NCBI GenBank assembly: GCA_030141605.1
Contig: JAQGDQ010000735.1
Location: forward strand, 41,196-105,195
Direction of reading: 5' to 3'
Source: Tubiluchus corallicola
Lineage: Eukaryota > Animalia > Priapulida
DNA: 64,000 nt
Under the pieces are notes generated by a model, which was not told where the DNA came from, did not search any database, and saw nothing but the letters and a program-made list of their open reading frames with translations. The position numbers and the translations under genes are program-made. Numbering within the stretch: position 1 is the first letter of the stretch; every line of letters begins with the position of its first letter. This document shows positions 1-26,272 of the stretch, in pieces.

Positions 1-19
1 ATGCATCAGGTTGACTTAC

Positions 20-13245
<13,226 letters not shown>

Positions 13246-15890
13246 AGAGAAAAACTGTCAGCATATGAGAACTCGCCTACATTCTGAAAAATTAAAAAAC
13301 TTGTTTTAATGAGTAACTGAAGTTTGTCAAAAAAGATTTGTCAAAAACCTTATAGAAGCCAGGCATCACTGTAACCTCATTTCAGACCCTCACTTCAAAA
13401 TTTTAGGCATATATGGAATTTACTGGGCAATCTTTTTGGGCTTCGTAACACTGTTCTTAAACCATGTTTTCATTACTACGACCTAGGAACTCACTAGAGT
13501 TATTGATTCCTGATCGATTATTTTAGTGCTTGTGAGCTGACCTGCTAGAAATGTTGCTCCTACCTGGGTGTTGAGGCATTACTGTTGAAAATATTGGGAC
13601 AGAATTCATTCCCATTATTTTTGGCATTTGGCAGCTTGCACGAATCACTGAAGGATCTAACGGTTAGCCCTAATGGAATGACAGCTCAGCTTTTCATCCT
13701 GTGTGCATTAGTTCACTTTGATTGAAACATTTTCCAAAGCTAAGCATGGGCAAAAATGGTCAGGTTGTAGCATTTTTGTCATTTTCTTATAATTATTATT
13801 TACAGATCGTTTATCAAGTGTGTACACTACCCTGAGTCCCTGATAATAAATATCTTTACCTTAGTCCCTTGCTTCCTGAAAAAGCTCCTCGGACCACCAC
13901 GAAACTCTAATGTCGCCACTTATCTGCCAGATGAATTCTTACATTAAAACGCACACAAAACGTTTGAGTTCTGATCGTTTCTTATACGATGTTGACTTGC
14001 TTTTTTGTCCTGTGTCAAACTGCAGTGTTGATTAGACTAATTAGATTGCAATTATAATTCACAGACATCCAGGTGCCCGGAACGGCTATTAGTGACCTGT
14101 AGACAAGTTTCAATCTTGGGCGAACTAGTTTTTTTTTCATTAATAAATTATCGATTAGTGATCGTGAGTAGAATGGATTTTCTTGTATTAACTTGGTTTC
14201 CCCAGTGCCAAATGCATATATCGACACGTATCTACACAATGATTCCACTGTAGCACTGCAGGAAAGGTATGGTATGATCAGTAATTAGTGATCGTGATTG
14301 ATTTATTAAAAAAAATAATGCCTGCTGCTCGTTCTGGGATCGAGTGATATCAACTACATTCATTTATGTGTGATTTAAGGTAACAGCAGCTGCTGCAGAG
14401 CGAGGGCGGTACGACAAAATATGTATTCATCACACTGCTTTGTCTTTGCGCAAAACGAAACGCTAGGTAGAAAACAGGGACGACGTAATTAAGTTTATCA
14501 AACTAAATATATTAATGCATTGTTTTTGTTACGTAATTGGGCGGACTGCAAACATGAATCCAGCATGCAACACCAGAACTCGTCACTAATACTGAATTAT
14601 TGTGGTGGGACCGGAATCTATCATTTTTGGCTAACTGGCAACTCTTTAAGATGAGGCAATGAACTGGCAGAGGCGTAAAGGCGTATTAAACACGTTTAAA
14701 TGTGCATGCATCCTTCCTCAAAGAAAAGGAAGCAAGAATTTCACCTATAGCAGAAGCAATATTTGTGGCAACAAAACACCCATTTACTAACTAAGCACAT
14801 TGTTGCGCAACTTCAGGGACATGTATATAAAAATACGTCAGCACTATTCAGTTGTTCCCTTCACTTGTACCACTTTAATGTAACACGTGATTCCTAAGCA
14901 TCTGGATCGGCTAAACACATGATTCCTTGGTACTTGGATCCGCCGAGTTGCATGGGAAGAGTTACAGCTGATAATAGACAGAAATTCTAATAACAATAGA
15001 AAAGCTGTCTACAGACAAGCAGCAGTTACCATAGACACTTGATCACTAATATCTCCATACATTGTCGTTGATTTGAATAGAAGCAAGGTTAATATTTTAT
15101 TTATGAGACATACGTAACCGAAATCATATTGCAGGTGACACGATGTTGCTAATAGAGCAGGCAGAAAAATTATATTTGTTAAGCATTCAGCGATAGCTAT
15201 TAGTGTTATTAATTTTTAATATCACCAATATCAACAAGCGACTAGGAGATAAACCTGACAAACTTAGAAAGATACACAACCAAACCAAATGGAAAAAACA
15301 AAACGTCAAATGCCGTCCAATTTTCGAATAACTACTGTTAAAAAATAAACGTACTCAAAAGTTCGTGTCGCCTATTGTACGATCAAGCAGAAATAAAATA
15401 GTATACCTAAAATTCGACTCATTCGAGCATCCGCATGGATTGAACATCTATTAAGCAAAAATCACAGACAATTTAACGGATTTTTAATGTTGTTTAGAAA
15501 CTTTGTGACTAAAGTTCTTACAAATACTGTGATGCAGCTGTTTACTATTAGTATTTTTTTCGGCAGTTTATAAATAACCCGTAAAGCTACAAACACACGC
15601 GCATGCGCGCTTTGCAAAAAAACGTTGCAAAAAGTTATTAGAAATTCACAAATTATGTAAACTGTAAAAAGCTGAGAATGTACTCACTTCTTACCTACTT
15701 AATCCTTAAGCGTGCTGATACATTCAACAATAATTCCCTCTTCTGAGAGCTGACTCACCACTTGCAGTAACTGTTGCTGCCATGTGACTGCTGACTGCGA
15801 AGTGGCTTCCCAAGTTTTACTTTAGTGAAATATACCAATAAACCTAACGGGAAAATAATTTCTTACATATTTAATGCAAGATATCAATAT

Positions 15891-16005
15891 AGTCATGGAA
15901 ACTGGTCGTTGGAGCTGGCCATTAACAATTCACCAATCACCTGGTCGTCATGACAACGCCTAAACACTTGGGCTAGGTGAACAATATATTCACTTCCATG
16001 GTAAC
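15891..16005. promoter_or_regulatory. Candidate CASZ1 promoter with CCAAT box and RFX X-box-like motifs
   Basis: CCAAT at 15933, near-palindromic GTCGTCATGACAAC at 15944-15957, CTTCCATGGTAAC at 15993-16005 and AGTCATGGAAAC at 15891-15902. Minus-strand consensus splice donors lie just downstream at 15758, 15694 and 15687. Confidence 0.4.
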
Positions 16006-17907
16006 CCAGCGTGCAGACGATGAAACGAGCAGTATTGTGAGAAGCTGCAACAAGAGCAGGTAAATTCAATTAGCTTAATGAACCACCAACCAGGTATCCT
16101 AGCACCGGCGTTTAACTACTACTATAAATTTGTTTGCGATTTTAAGAAAAGAATCCTACATGTACACACTGCTACAGCTTCCAACTGGACCGCTTCATTT
16201 GTTTTTGTATTATGTATGAATTTAGATTTAGTAAAGCGCAGCTGGATTTTTTGCTTTTATTTTTCACATTCAAGGAAAAAACAAACGTCGCAAAAAATCA
16301 CACTGAGAAATGGTTATGTGCTTGTGATATTTGAAGGCAGAATCAATCTTAACAGAAATAGTCTAGTGTGTTTGTATTTAGTGGTTTAATGCATTAATGG
16401 GTGGCAGGAACTTTAACATCTGCTCAACAGTAGTTGTTCGAAAACTGCACACCCCTTTGTGTTTCTGCCGTTTCTTTTGTTTGGTTAATTTGACTTCTAT
16501 AAGAATTTTTTGATTCTGTGGGTACTGTTGAGTCTTTTGCTTTGAGTAGGGCCGAGAAAAGTTTGTTGACTTAACGGTTATTTCCTCTGTGATGAATCTC
16601 TTTCCGGGATAATGTTTATCTTTACCTGGCACCCCAAAGAGCGGCATTATGATTCATCCACGGCCGGTCACATCTAACTATTAACCAAGGTCGATGATGC
16701 TTAACTGAGAAGCGGTGTGCCCTTTCCAAAATTATTTCCAGAAAATTGATTTCTTGAGTATTGACATAGAAACAATAGCTAAGCTAACCCACTGCCTCCC
16801 CCTCCAGCAACATTAGTTCTTAAAGCGACAATATAATCCTGAGCTGAATCCTAATAATCCTATAACCCTAAACTGGTTAAGTAGGTTTGACCATCTATTT
16901 ACAGCAGTTTGTTCTCTTTTGGACAAAGATGGTCCAGACGAGTTAGTGAGTAAGCCGCTCAGGTAAACAACAAGAAACCAGAAACTTATTTAATGCACAA
17001 GAAAACACCATCTTACATAGAGCTTAAAAAATCGTCTTGAAATTTTATACCACCTACGTACTGCCTTTTTGCATACAGGGCTTGCGTCAGCTGTAACGCT
17101 CTATAAAACATGTAAATTTAAACTCCCGCGATGACGCAAAATAATATAGCTTTTCATGGAAAGTTTCTTGGGACATAAGTTTAAAGGAAGACAGGATGAA
17201 TTTTCATAGTACTACCCCCATTTTCAAGTCCGATAAAAAGTATACATTTTAACACACTTTATGCTGCAAAAGCGCATAATTAAATAGTAGATTAAAAACT
17301 TAATTAACAGCAGGCGAGTCCAACTATTGATGACATCACAAACTAACACAATTTTCAGCAGCAAAAATAGTCCACGAGCGTGTTGTACGTGTTTAAGAAA
17401 GCGGAGATTGAAGTACAGTGCTACTGTAAGATATTCAGTGTGTTGTAATATAACTAGGCAAGTTTCAAGACACAAATTTAAATTCAGCTGTCAATTGTGT
17501 GTAGTTCATCACAAAGTAACACACCTGAACTGGGAGGTACAGTACCTATTTTTTGTGGAATGCGTTTTCGAAATGAAACAGGTATTTTTCTGCTTGTTAT
17601 AAGTACAGTTTGATAGTTTCTTGGTAATATTCGAGAAACAATAATATTATTGTTTTCATTGCATATATTATAATTATAGATACAATATTATTTCTCGTAT
17701 ACATCATCTCAATTTTTTCCATTTTCTTCTTGCGTATATGTAGAACTGTCGGAGGTGCTATACAAATGCCATTTTGTCATACGGTATATACGTACTTAAT
17801 CACGAACAATGCAGTTTATGAAAAGTTATGATGTATTCACGAATCACGAGCTCGTACGCATTCCCCGTGTATTAACATCTACGCCCACACAATTGTAATA
17901 AAATTGT

Positions 17908-18270
17908 AATAGAAACAACGGCAACGGCATTTAGTATTAAATGGAAATATGGCTTTTCGGCTTAACAGAGGAACAATATTTAGAACAATCAAAAAGCAGT
18001 GTGCCGTACTGTGTTGCCAGGATGCACACGCTGTCAAATGAATAAAACTGGCAATGAAGTCTGAATTTTAGGCCTATATGAGGTATGAAATTTTGCCAGC
18101 TAATAGTGCGTACTATAATTAAGACAAACAGAAAGGTCAGCTTTTTCTGAACAAAATCATTTTTGGAAACTAACAAACTTAATGCCATTGACGTGCATTT
18201 AGTCAATGACTTTGCCTAAAAATAGGTTAGTAAAAGTTTGTAGAACAATGCCGTTACCGTTATCGCTGAT
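17908..18270. mobile_element. MITE-like element with imperfect terminal inverted repeats
   Basis: AACGGCAACGGCATT (about 17917-17931) is inverted to AATGCCGTTACCGTT (about 18247-18261), 14 of 15 matching, around a non-coding interior. Confidence 0.5.
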
Positions 18271-18549
18271 TTATTCTAGCCTCACTCAGTATTTTTACGG
18301 CTTATTAGGCTATGACATTTTTTACTAAAACATACACTCATCTAGAAAAACGCTTTCAAACGTTCCAGCACTAAGCTCTGTCGGTAACTCAGTGCAATAG
18401 TAAACACATTTCTACTTTATTATATCACCTACCTTTGTAGGTATCAGTACTTTCAACGATCACCCTGTTGAATTTCTAGAAGCCAAACGAGTAGCTTAAT
18501 TATTGTAGTTGCTGCTTCGCTGGCACATGTGTAGCTAACATTCTGATCA

Positions 18550-18655
18550 ACCCAATAGCACGATCAGAGCTACCAATAATAACGCAACCAACTGGCACCG
18601 TTGCCATGGCGTTCTGCTAAAACCTTCAACTTCTGAATCCGTTGCCATAACAACC
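18550..18655. promoter_or_regulatory. Second CCAAT + X-box cluster (candidate promoter or enhancer)
   Basis: CCAAT near 18552 and 18574, GTTGCCATGGCGTT at 18600-18613 and GTTGCCATAACAAC at 18641-18654. Confidence 0.35.
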
Positions 18656-21600
18656 ACTCGTGTTTTTCAGAGTTTATCCCAGAAATAGAGTGGCTGGTGT
18701 GAGAGTGAGTGGTTTTGCAAAAATGTTACAAATCAATCCGGAGGTCGGAAAAACATAATAGTGACGGAAGCCTGATTTCCTTATAAAATAAATACAAACT
18801 CCTTGCGTTTGGAATCATTAAAACTGCAATACAAGCGCATCATGGTAAAATGTTATCATTACTCAGATCGGGGCGATCTTTTTGGACAGCAAAATTCACT
18901 AACCTTGTGCTTTACCTTTATTTAGTGATACCATATAATTATGACACGAGCTATATAAAATGAAAATTATAAAATAGTCAATAAGAAAGCACCATATTGG
19001 AGATTGATCGTCAATTGTGTGTCGAGACTCTACCGTTGTGGAGAAGCCAGTCAAAGAATTACAAGTCATGTTCTATCTCAAATCTACTTTAATGTGACAG
19101 TGTTCCAAACAATTTAGCAACTATAACTGAATTTCTTAAAAATGAGACTGCCGGTTTACACATGTGAAGACAAGTGGGGAATATTCTGGAGTACAGATTA
19201 GGGGCGTACATAAGTACATAATTATTGTTATTTTGTATTTAAAATTAAAACATTAGAGGCAGGTTGGTCAAACAAAGTAGCGACTCCACAAAATTCTTCC
19301 GAGGTCGTGCGATTAAAAAAATGTAAACAAGATTCGACTTTTATGGCACAGGTGACTAAAGAGTTAAAGTTGTTGAAAAGGCGTCAATTTTGAAAAAGCG
19401 GGTGCTCCCCTTGCTCCCCTATTGGCTACGCCACTGATAATTTTAGTACAAGCTGATGTCCAAGTTAACGACAATCAGTTCAATCCAGAAGTCGTGGAAA
19501 GCTAAAAAGCTTGAGTTCTTGTAAATGCCTTCGTAAAGCAATAAGCAGCATGCTGGCTAGCCGACTAGAATTTCAGTATCTGCAGTAGTAGCTTTACTGA
19601 AGCCAATTTTTGCACAAAATTTGTTTCGTGTTAACATGAGATTATTGTGTGTATAAGAACGCACTACAGTGAAAAGTGCTTCTCCTAAACCTGAACGTTT
19701 CCCAGGAAAATGGCAGCAAACTAAAACGTGATTATAACATTCCCTCATTATGGAGCCAGCTGGGTTACCGAGGATATAATTATGTCAATAACTCACCATT
19801 TTCACCTGCCTACTTGGTGACAAGATACGTTTTACATTGAAATTCACACGCGCAATAATTTTATCTGTTCTAATTTCTCCATAACAGTGACCAAATCCAC
19901 AAGAAGACAGATTGTTCTGACAAGTTCTGAGTGACAAACTGAGTCGGATTTGCCTGGAACCTGCCACTTATCAAAGATTCGTAAAGTACTTCAATAAGCC
20001 TCTTTTATCACTGCGTTCATAGAAGACGCTCTCAAGACTTCGCGTCATTGGTTCTTAAACTCGACAGTTTGTTCACATTATGCGGTTTGTTGCTGTTTTT
20101 TGATATCTTTACTTTTGAAATTCCTACGTGCCGAACAGCTACTTATGAATCTTGTTTTCTCTCAGACCGCTTTTCAATGAAATTCTCTGTCAGAAAATTG
20201 TTTTTGTACTACTACAACATCATTGGTCCAAAAGAATGTTAACAGATCCCCCCTGTTGCAACCAAATTAGTTTAAAAATGCCTTTTGTGGGTCTGTTTTA
20301 TTTTAATTATTTTTATGACAACCTTTACCTTGAATAGGTTTTGACTTTATTACGACGGTTTGTACTTAAAAAAATCCAATCACTAGAAACAAAAAATTAC
20401 CTACCTAGTGGAACCGAAAATCCATACGATTAGTTTAATAGTAAGTGAAGTAACTTCGTGCAAAACTACACAGTGATTCATTGCGTCCAACAATGCACTG
20501 ACCAGTCAGTGACCACTGAAGACCACCAGAACACGCTACTAAACCAGCCGCTTGTACTGGAAACATAAGCTAAATATAACCAGCAGCTCACTAGAAACCT
20601 TTTGTCAGATTTTGCACAGTTTTAGGCTAAATTAAGCGTTTTGCTCAAGTTTCAGTGGATATTCAGTACGCGGTCTATTCATAGAAAGCAGACGAAGCTA
20701 CACTGTGATGGGCGCGTGAAGCCTAAACAGTCCAAACTGGAACAAACTGAAAGGCGGGGCTTCTGTATTATTTCGTCTAAACCAAAAGCAGCGTTGAAGG
20801 CACGTTAACTTATCTCAGGTTGTAATTATTGTAACAAGGAATAAGTCTCAGGTAAAAATGAGTGAATCTCATAAGAAGTAGACCTACATGAATTTCTTCT
20901 ACTACGTGTACGTTCTACAAATACTAGCTGAAAAATAGCTGTGTAAGTAAGTCTGCATGTTCAATGCAGCGTGTCATCGCTTGCAATAATCTTTAATTGG
21001 CGTATAATTATAATGTGGTTAAACGTGTCCAGTTACAGTAGGATATTGATCAAATAATGTGCAATTCACTTTATATGCACGCAATGCACAAGTAAATTTC
21101 ACTCACCGTTACAAGCATTTAAAAGAATTTAATTACAAAATCAGTTATTCTGGCCAAAATGCTGTACTTTTTCTTTTCATGGAGGTGGGATGATAGTGAT
21201 GGTGGTAGTTAGTGGTGAGCGGGCGGCGACAACGACAGTGACTTCGCGTGTAAGCAGCTAGAGTGACTAGACTATTATTTGTTGAGCTGTAGGATCTCGA
21301 CTTCAGTAACTTAATCGCAGTGAGTTAAGCTTGTTAATGCTGATCGTTTTAGTCAGCAAGCTACGTTTCATTCTATTATTATGTAGATTAGGCCTACATT
21401 TTTTTAAACTGTATCGGTTTCGAAACTTGAATAGTCTCTGAAGATTAATTATAGAAACTTTTAAATCATTTTGTTATTAGTACAAAATCTCCCAAGAAGA
21501 GCAAAGTGCTGCAATACTTAAAATAAAACATCCTACGAAATTTCATGAACATGACTGCATACGAATACTCGCACGGAAAATACAGAAAATATTAAACTCT

Positions 21601-23387
21601 CAGTACTGTGTTTGTGCGCGTGCGCGTGAAATGCATGTCTTTTCTCTATACTGACATAAAAATGAATATTCAGTTTAATTAATGTGACATGCACTTTAAT
21701 GTACGGTTGTAATCATTCCCTGGATATTTAATCAAAACAGCTTATTAAAAAATTATACCAAAATTATCATTTTCACATTTCTATATTTTAATACGGAAAA
21801 GTATTGTCTACCGTGGAAGTATAAATAAACATTCGCAGCAACTTTATAATGGGTATTTAAATTGGTTTACTTTGTTTGCCTATTTCAGACCATTGCAAAA
21901 AGTATACGTAACACAAAATAAAAGCTAAATGATCGTACATTGGCTCTAATAAGATGATGGACTCGAAGTAAAGTTGCGCTTTGTACTCGAACTAACACCC
22001 GCGTGGATTACAAATGCTTTAATCACGCTAACTAGCCTTATGAGCAACTAAACAAATGGAAAAGATGACAAGTGTTGCTTGAGCTATACAAACTAGGAAG
22101 TCCTTGTTAGAGTCTCTTTATTTAGTTATTAAAAACTTTTACTAATCATTGAAATATTTTTTTAAATAAGGACGTGCATATTGAATTCTAAATAAATGGA
22201 CGTGCAAATTTGTAAGTTTGTGTCGTATCTGCACAGACTGTTTACACAGCATTTTGACAGCAATTATTGATTAATTTTCTAACTAAAAATAAAATCCTGC
22301 TGATTATCATAGCTATTTTATTTGGCCCAGACTTGATTGCGTTTTATTTTTGTTTTGCTTTTTCTCCGATAGGTGGCAGGCTATGGTATTTCGTAAAGCT
22401 GATCACCGGTAAATACCTTCATCAGAATCTCTGGCAAAAATTGTACGAATGCACAAAACTCGGCAAAAGTAAAATTATTGCTTTACCCTCACAAAAGCAG
22501 CAAGGGTAATTTTCTGGCTGTTATCGCAAACTAGACATCGTCACATTAGTTTTTTTATTAATTATTGTAAAATTACAACGGACGGTTCCGTAAAAATTTA
22601 AAACGCATTAAGGAACTAAGCCAATGTTAACTTATTATTTAAATGTAAATTAAGATTTTCTACAAAATGTTAAGCAAACAAAACTGTACGTATAAGTCTG
22701 TCTTAAAAGAAAGTGCATAAAACTATTTTTGCAGTAGTTTAGGAGCGGATTCAAGACTGTTGCAAGTTGTCATATATAAATAAGACAAAAATGTGTACTT
22801 GCTATGCTCGTCTGAAACAAATTTAGCTACATGGTTTCAAAAATGAATGGATTTGCAATGCTACTAAATATTGACAAGAGTGCCCAGATCTCAAGAGTAC
22901 CATTTTTACAATTAAAATTTTCTTCCTCGGGAATTTAATGTTTATGTGAGTTTTGTAGTTCCACCTTTTACTGTTAGCAAAAATTATGATTTATAATATA
23001 ATTTATGATTTTATAATAGCAGGTTTGTATGAAAATTTTGTTCACGAGCAATAGCACGTTCAAAAAATAGCCCCAGGACGAGTCTAAACTGTTGAATACA
23101 TGGCTTGGCACTGTTTTTCATCGTTTTATTAAGGTTTTTATGATCTTTCTTAAGCTAGATTTTCTTACAGTAAAAATAGCAAAAACGTACATTAACACAT
23201 ATACAGTCAACTGCTGTTATCACCAATGAGAGAATGTTTTTCTCTGAACGACAATTAAGCCATTTTTGTTAAAAATTTGCTGATGTAAATCGACGCCACC
23301 GTAACACTAATTTTCCAATAGCCCCTCCATATGCAAATGTTGTGCCTTAATCTCTTTGCTTACAGTCACTTAGGCTTGTGCCATCAT

Positions 23388-23418
<31 letters not shown>

Positions 23419-25539
23419 AATCACTGACACCAACTACATCACTGCTACTACTGCCTCCCTCTCTCTACTAACCCCAACATCACCGTTGCAGCGTCGCCTG
23501 TGCTGCAACAAATTACTTTGATCGTCTACAGATCAATGGGTAATTCTCAAATCATATAACACTGAGTATGGACATGGCTATGAAATCAAACGTTTATAAT
23601 AACCATTTTAATATAAATTACTAGAATGATTTATGTAATGCAAAACGAATTTACCAGGAATTTAAATTTAAGCGAATTTTAATTTTACCTGCAGAATGAT
23701 TTCTATTCAAACAACAGCAATTTATGTTAAACTTGTTCTCAATATTTACAAATCTATTGTGAAACACAAATAGACGGAATGTAGGTCTAATGTTTCGTAC
23801 ACTGTGCGTTTAATACAGGTTATACTGTACACTTTGATGTTATTATCAGTTTACAGTTGATTCACTCTAATTTCATTACTATTTCATTTAAAACTTCTTT
23901 TTTGAAAAATGAGGTGCCCGGGAGTGAGGAATTGGTTGCTATGAAGTTTAGATAAAGTGAATATTGTAATTTCATTTTAGTCGGGGTCTTTTAGTAAGAG
24001 TACCTTTAAGATTGATGTTTTGGTCGAAGTATTTCTAGGAAGGTCACCCCTATCAAGGCAACTTTCAGGTTTAAATACGATAATAAGTAATTGTTGTATT
24101 AGGTTAATTAATGTTTTGGCAGAATTACATTAAGTTCTAGTTAAAATTAAGATATACATCATTTAAATTTTTATCTTTAAAATGCACAACTCGCGACGAA
24201 AAATTAAAAAATGTACCGAATATTCCCGAAAATGTTTCAGCATAACCATTAACGTCAACCCTCGTGGTGAGTAGAATTGCACATGAAAGAACTTTTAGTG
24301 ACAAAGACAAGTTTTAATGTTCGTAAAATATTTATGAAAACTTGATGTTCACTAAAGACAAGTGTTCATAAAGCACAAAATTCAATAATATTCATGAAGG
24401 ACAAACCTTGCTGTTAAAAATTTCACATACTGATAAAGGCGGTAGAATAATCTGCCACATAATTAATATGTTTTGAATATACATTAATTAAGGGTAATGC
24501 AAATGCGCGGTGATTAAATTATACAAAAGAAAAACGGGTGTTGATCGCATCTTTGAGACAGTCATTTAATGTTAGTACAGACATGCTTAAAATATCAATC
24601 CCGAATACTAGGCTGTAGAGCAAAAACTTGGCAGATCAGGACAAATTGGTTCAAGTAGTCAGACGTGTCCATGAGTTTTTCGCACAAAGCCTTCTTGATG
24701 TGACAGGAATAATAACACTGTTATATGGCACCGTGCAGAGGATTTCACATAAAAGTAAATTTTTTCTACAAAAGCTCGACACACCTTCTCAATGAAATAT
24801 TTTTTAAATTAGCTTCGGGTTTTATTAAGTTTAACTTCAAACTTTATTTTTGATATTTTAAATTACGTGCCCTATAAACCTGCTAAGTAAAATTTAGTTC
24901 AAGGCTCTAACCCCTTCTTCACAGCAAAATGAATGAAGTTGACACTCTTGAAGTAAACTACTTACACGGCAATACTTTGAACTGACAAGAAAAAATAAAT
25001 AAATAAAGCGAATTTCTCTGCATTTTCACAACACCCGATGTTTATAATTGCATGGAATGGTTTTCTAAAAATTTTAAGACTGTTAACTATTTTAATGTGC
25101 TAAAGTCAAACTTTGTGTTCAGGATTTTTGCGTCAAAAAAATAAGTTTTGGAAGAGCATGATTCAGCGGTAGAAAAAATGAGCTAGCGAACAAATTTCAT
25201 GATATTCTGTCAACCAATGTAAATTGACGAAAAATAATTAATATTTACTGGTAATAGTTAGTCTAATAACGTTGTGTCAAACACTACAAAATAGAGATCT
25301 GATTAACAAGAAAGTGTGCAATTATTTCAGTTTCTGTACGCGCTAGTGTAAAACTTACGAATAGTTTTATGCAAAAACGCTAATAATGATCTACAGCGTG
25401 GCCGAGACGTCTATCTTTTATTCTTAGTTTGAAAATAATCAAAACGCAATTCTAATTTTTGTAAGAAAATCTTTAAAAACAAAGTTGTTAGCTAAATTTG
25501 TTAAATTATTTTGCTTCATGAAATGAAGACTGGATCTTA

Positions 25540-25762
25540 TTTTTCTTGTGTCCATTATTATCTGCACTATTTCTAACAATTTTCTTAGCACATTTGGATC
25601 ATCTGACTTGATCATTTCTTTCTTGATTTGGTACAGTTCTTACAGTTCTTATAACCACATCACTATGAAACAAATGCTAGGTATTGTCCTTTTGCCTTTT
25701 GCACAATGGATACCTCAGATCTTTCTTAAACTGACTCTTGTAATTGTTCTTCAGGAAAAACA
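25540..25762 (-). mobile_element. Decayed 3' end of a non-LTR retrotransposon ORF2 (CCHC-knuckle region)
   Basis: Minus frame FLKNNYKSQFKKDLRYPLCKRQKDNT*HLFH matches the K.N[FY]K..Y..DL.CPLC...D..EHL..C pattern at the end of many LINE ORF2s, with a stop and lost cysteines. Confidence 0.6.
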
Positions 25763-26140
25763 TTTAAGTGCAATTTAGCGTTGCTAGAGAGTGGCCAAAT
25801 TTTGCTCACTGGCCGTATTTTTTAAAAATCTTCTTTTGAATATTATTGTTCAGAAATAAGGACAAATTCTCTGTAATTCGTTACGAAGTATAATTGTGCC
25901 AACCAATAAGATCTTTCCCACTTATGCATCTTTAGCAACACCGCATAATTCATAAATTTATGAACAAAAAGTCAACGTCTGTTCCATTCGCGTGTTCTTC
26001 CGTTTTTTTATTGTATTTCTGGCTTCATTCATTAGTCAATGCGGTAATGATAGTTACCCATTTTGTCCAGCAACAATAAACCATTCATCTCAAGCGTTTG
26101 TTTCATATTAGGTAGTAAGCACACTGTTCATCACAAGGAG

Positions 26141-26272
26141 TTTACAATTCCCTAACCCTAGCCCTAACCAAATTCTATCCCTAACTCAACCCTAACCCTA
26201 ACCCTATCTTTAACCCTAACCCTAATTCTAATCCGCTTCACGAACTAATTTTTCTGTGTAGGGAATTGTAAA
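26141..26272. mobile_element. Short inverted-repeat element with internal telomere-like (TAACCC)n, copy 1
   Basis: Perfect 14-bp inverted repeat TTTACAATTCCCTA / TAGGGAATTGTAAA enclosing a degenerate CCCTAA array. Flanked by the direct repeat CACTGTTCAT at 26122 and 26281. Confidence 0.8.

Noticed and set aside
13258-13260. In-frame TGA as a selenocysteine codon
   Set aside because: The 3' UTR is outside the window, so no SECIS can be assessed, and castor proteins are not known selenoproteins.
19171-19436. CAGTGGCGTAG-type MITE (right end CTACGCCACTG; similar ends near 39612)
   Set aside because: Probably a real remnant, but the matching left terminus is too decayed to give boundaries.
26150-26230. 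True telomere or chromosome-fusion site
   Set aside because: A short degenerate array enclosed by inverted repeats and repeated at 56.8 kb, so it is part of a dispersed element.
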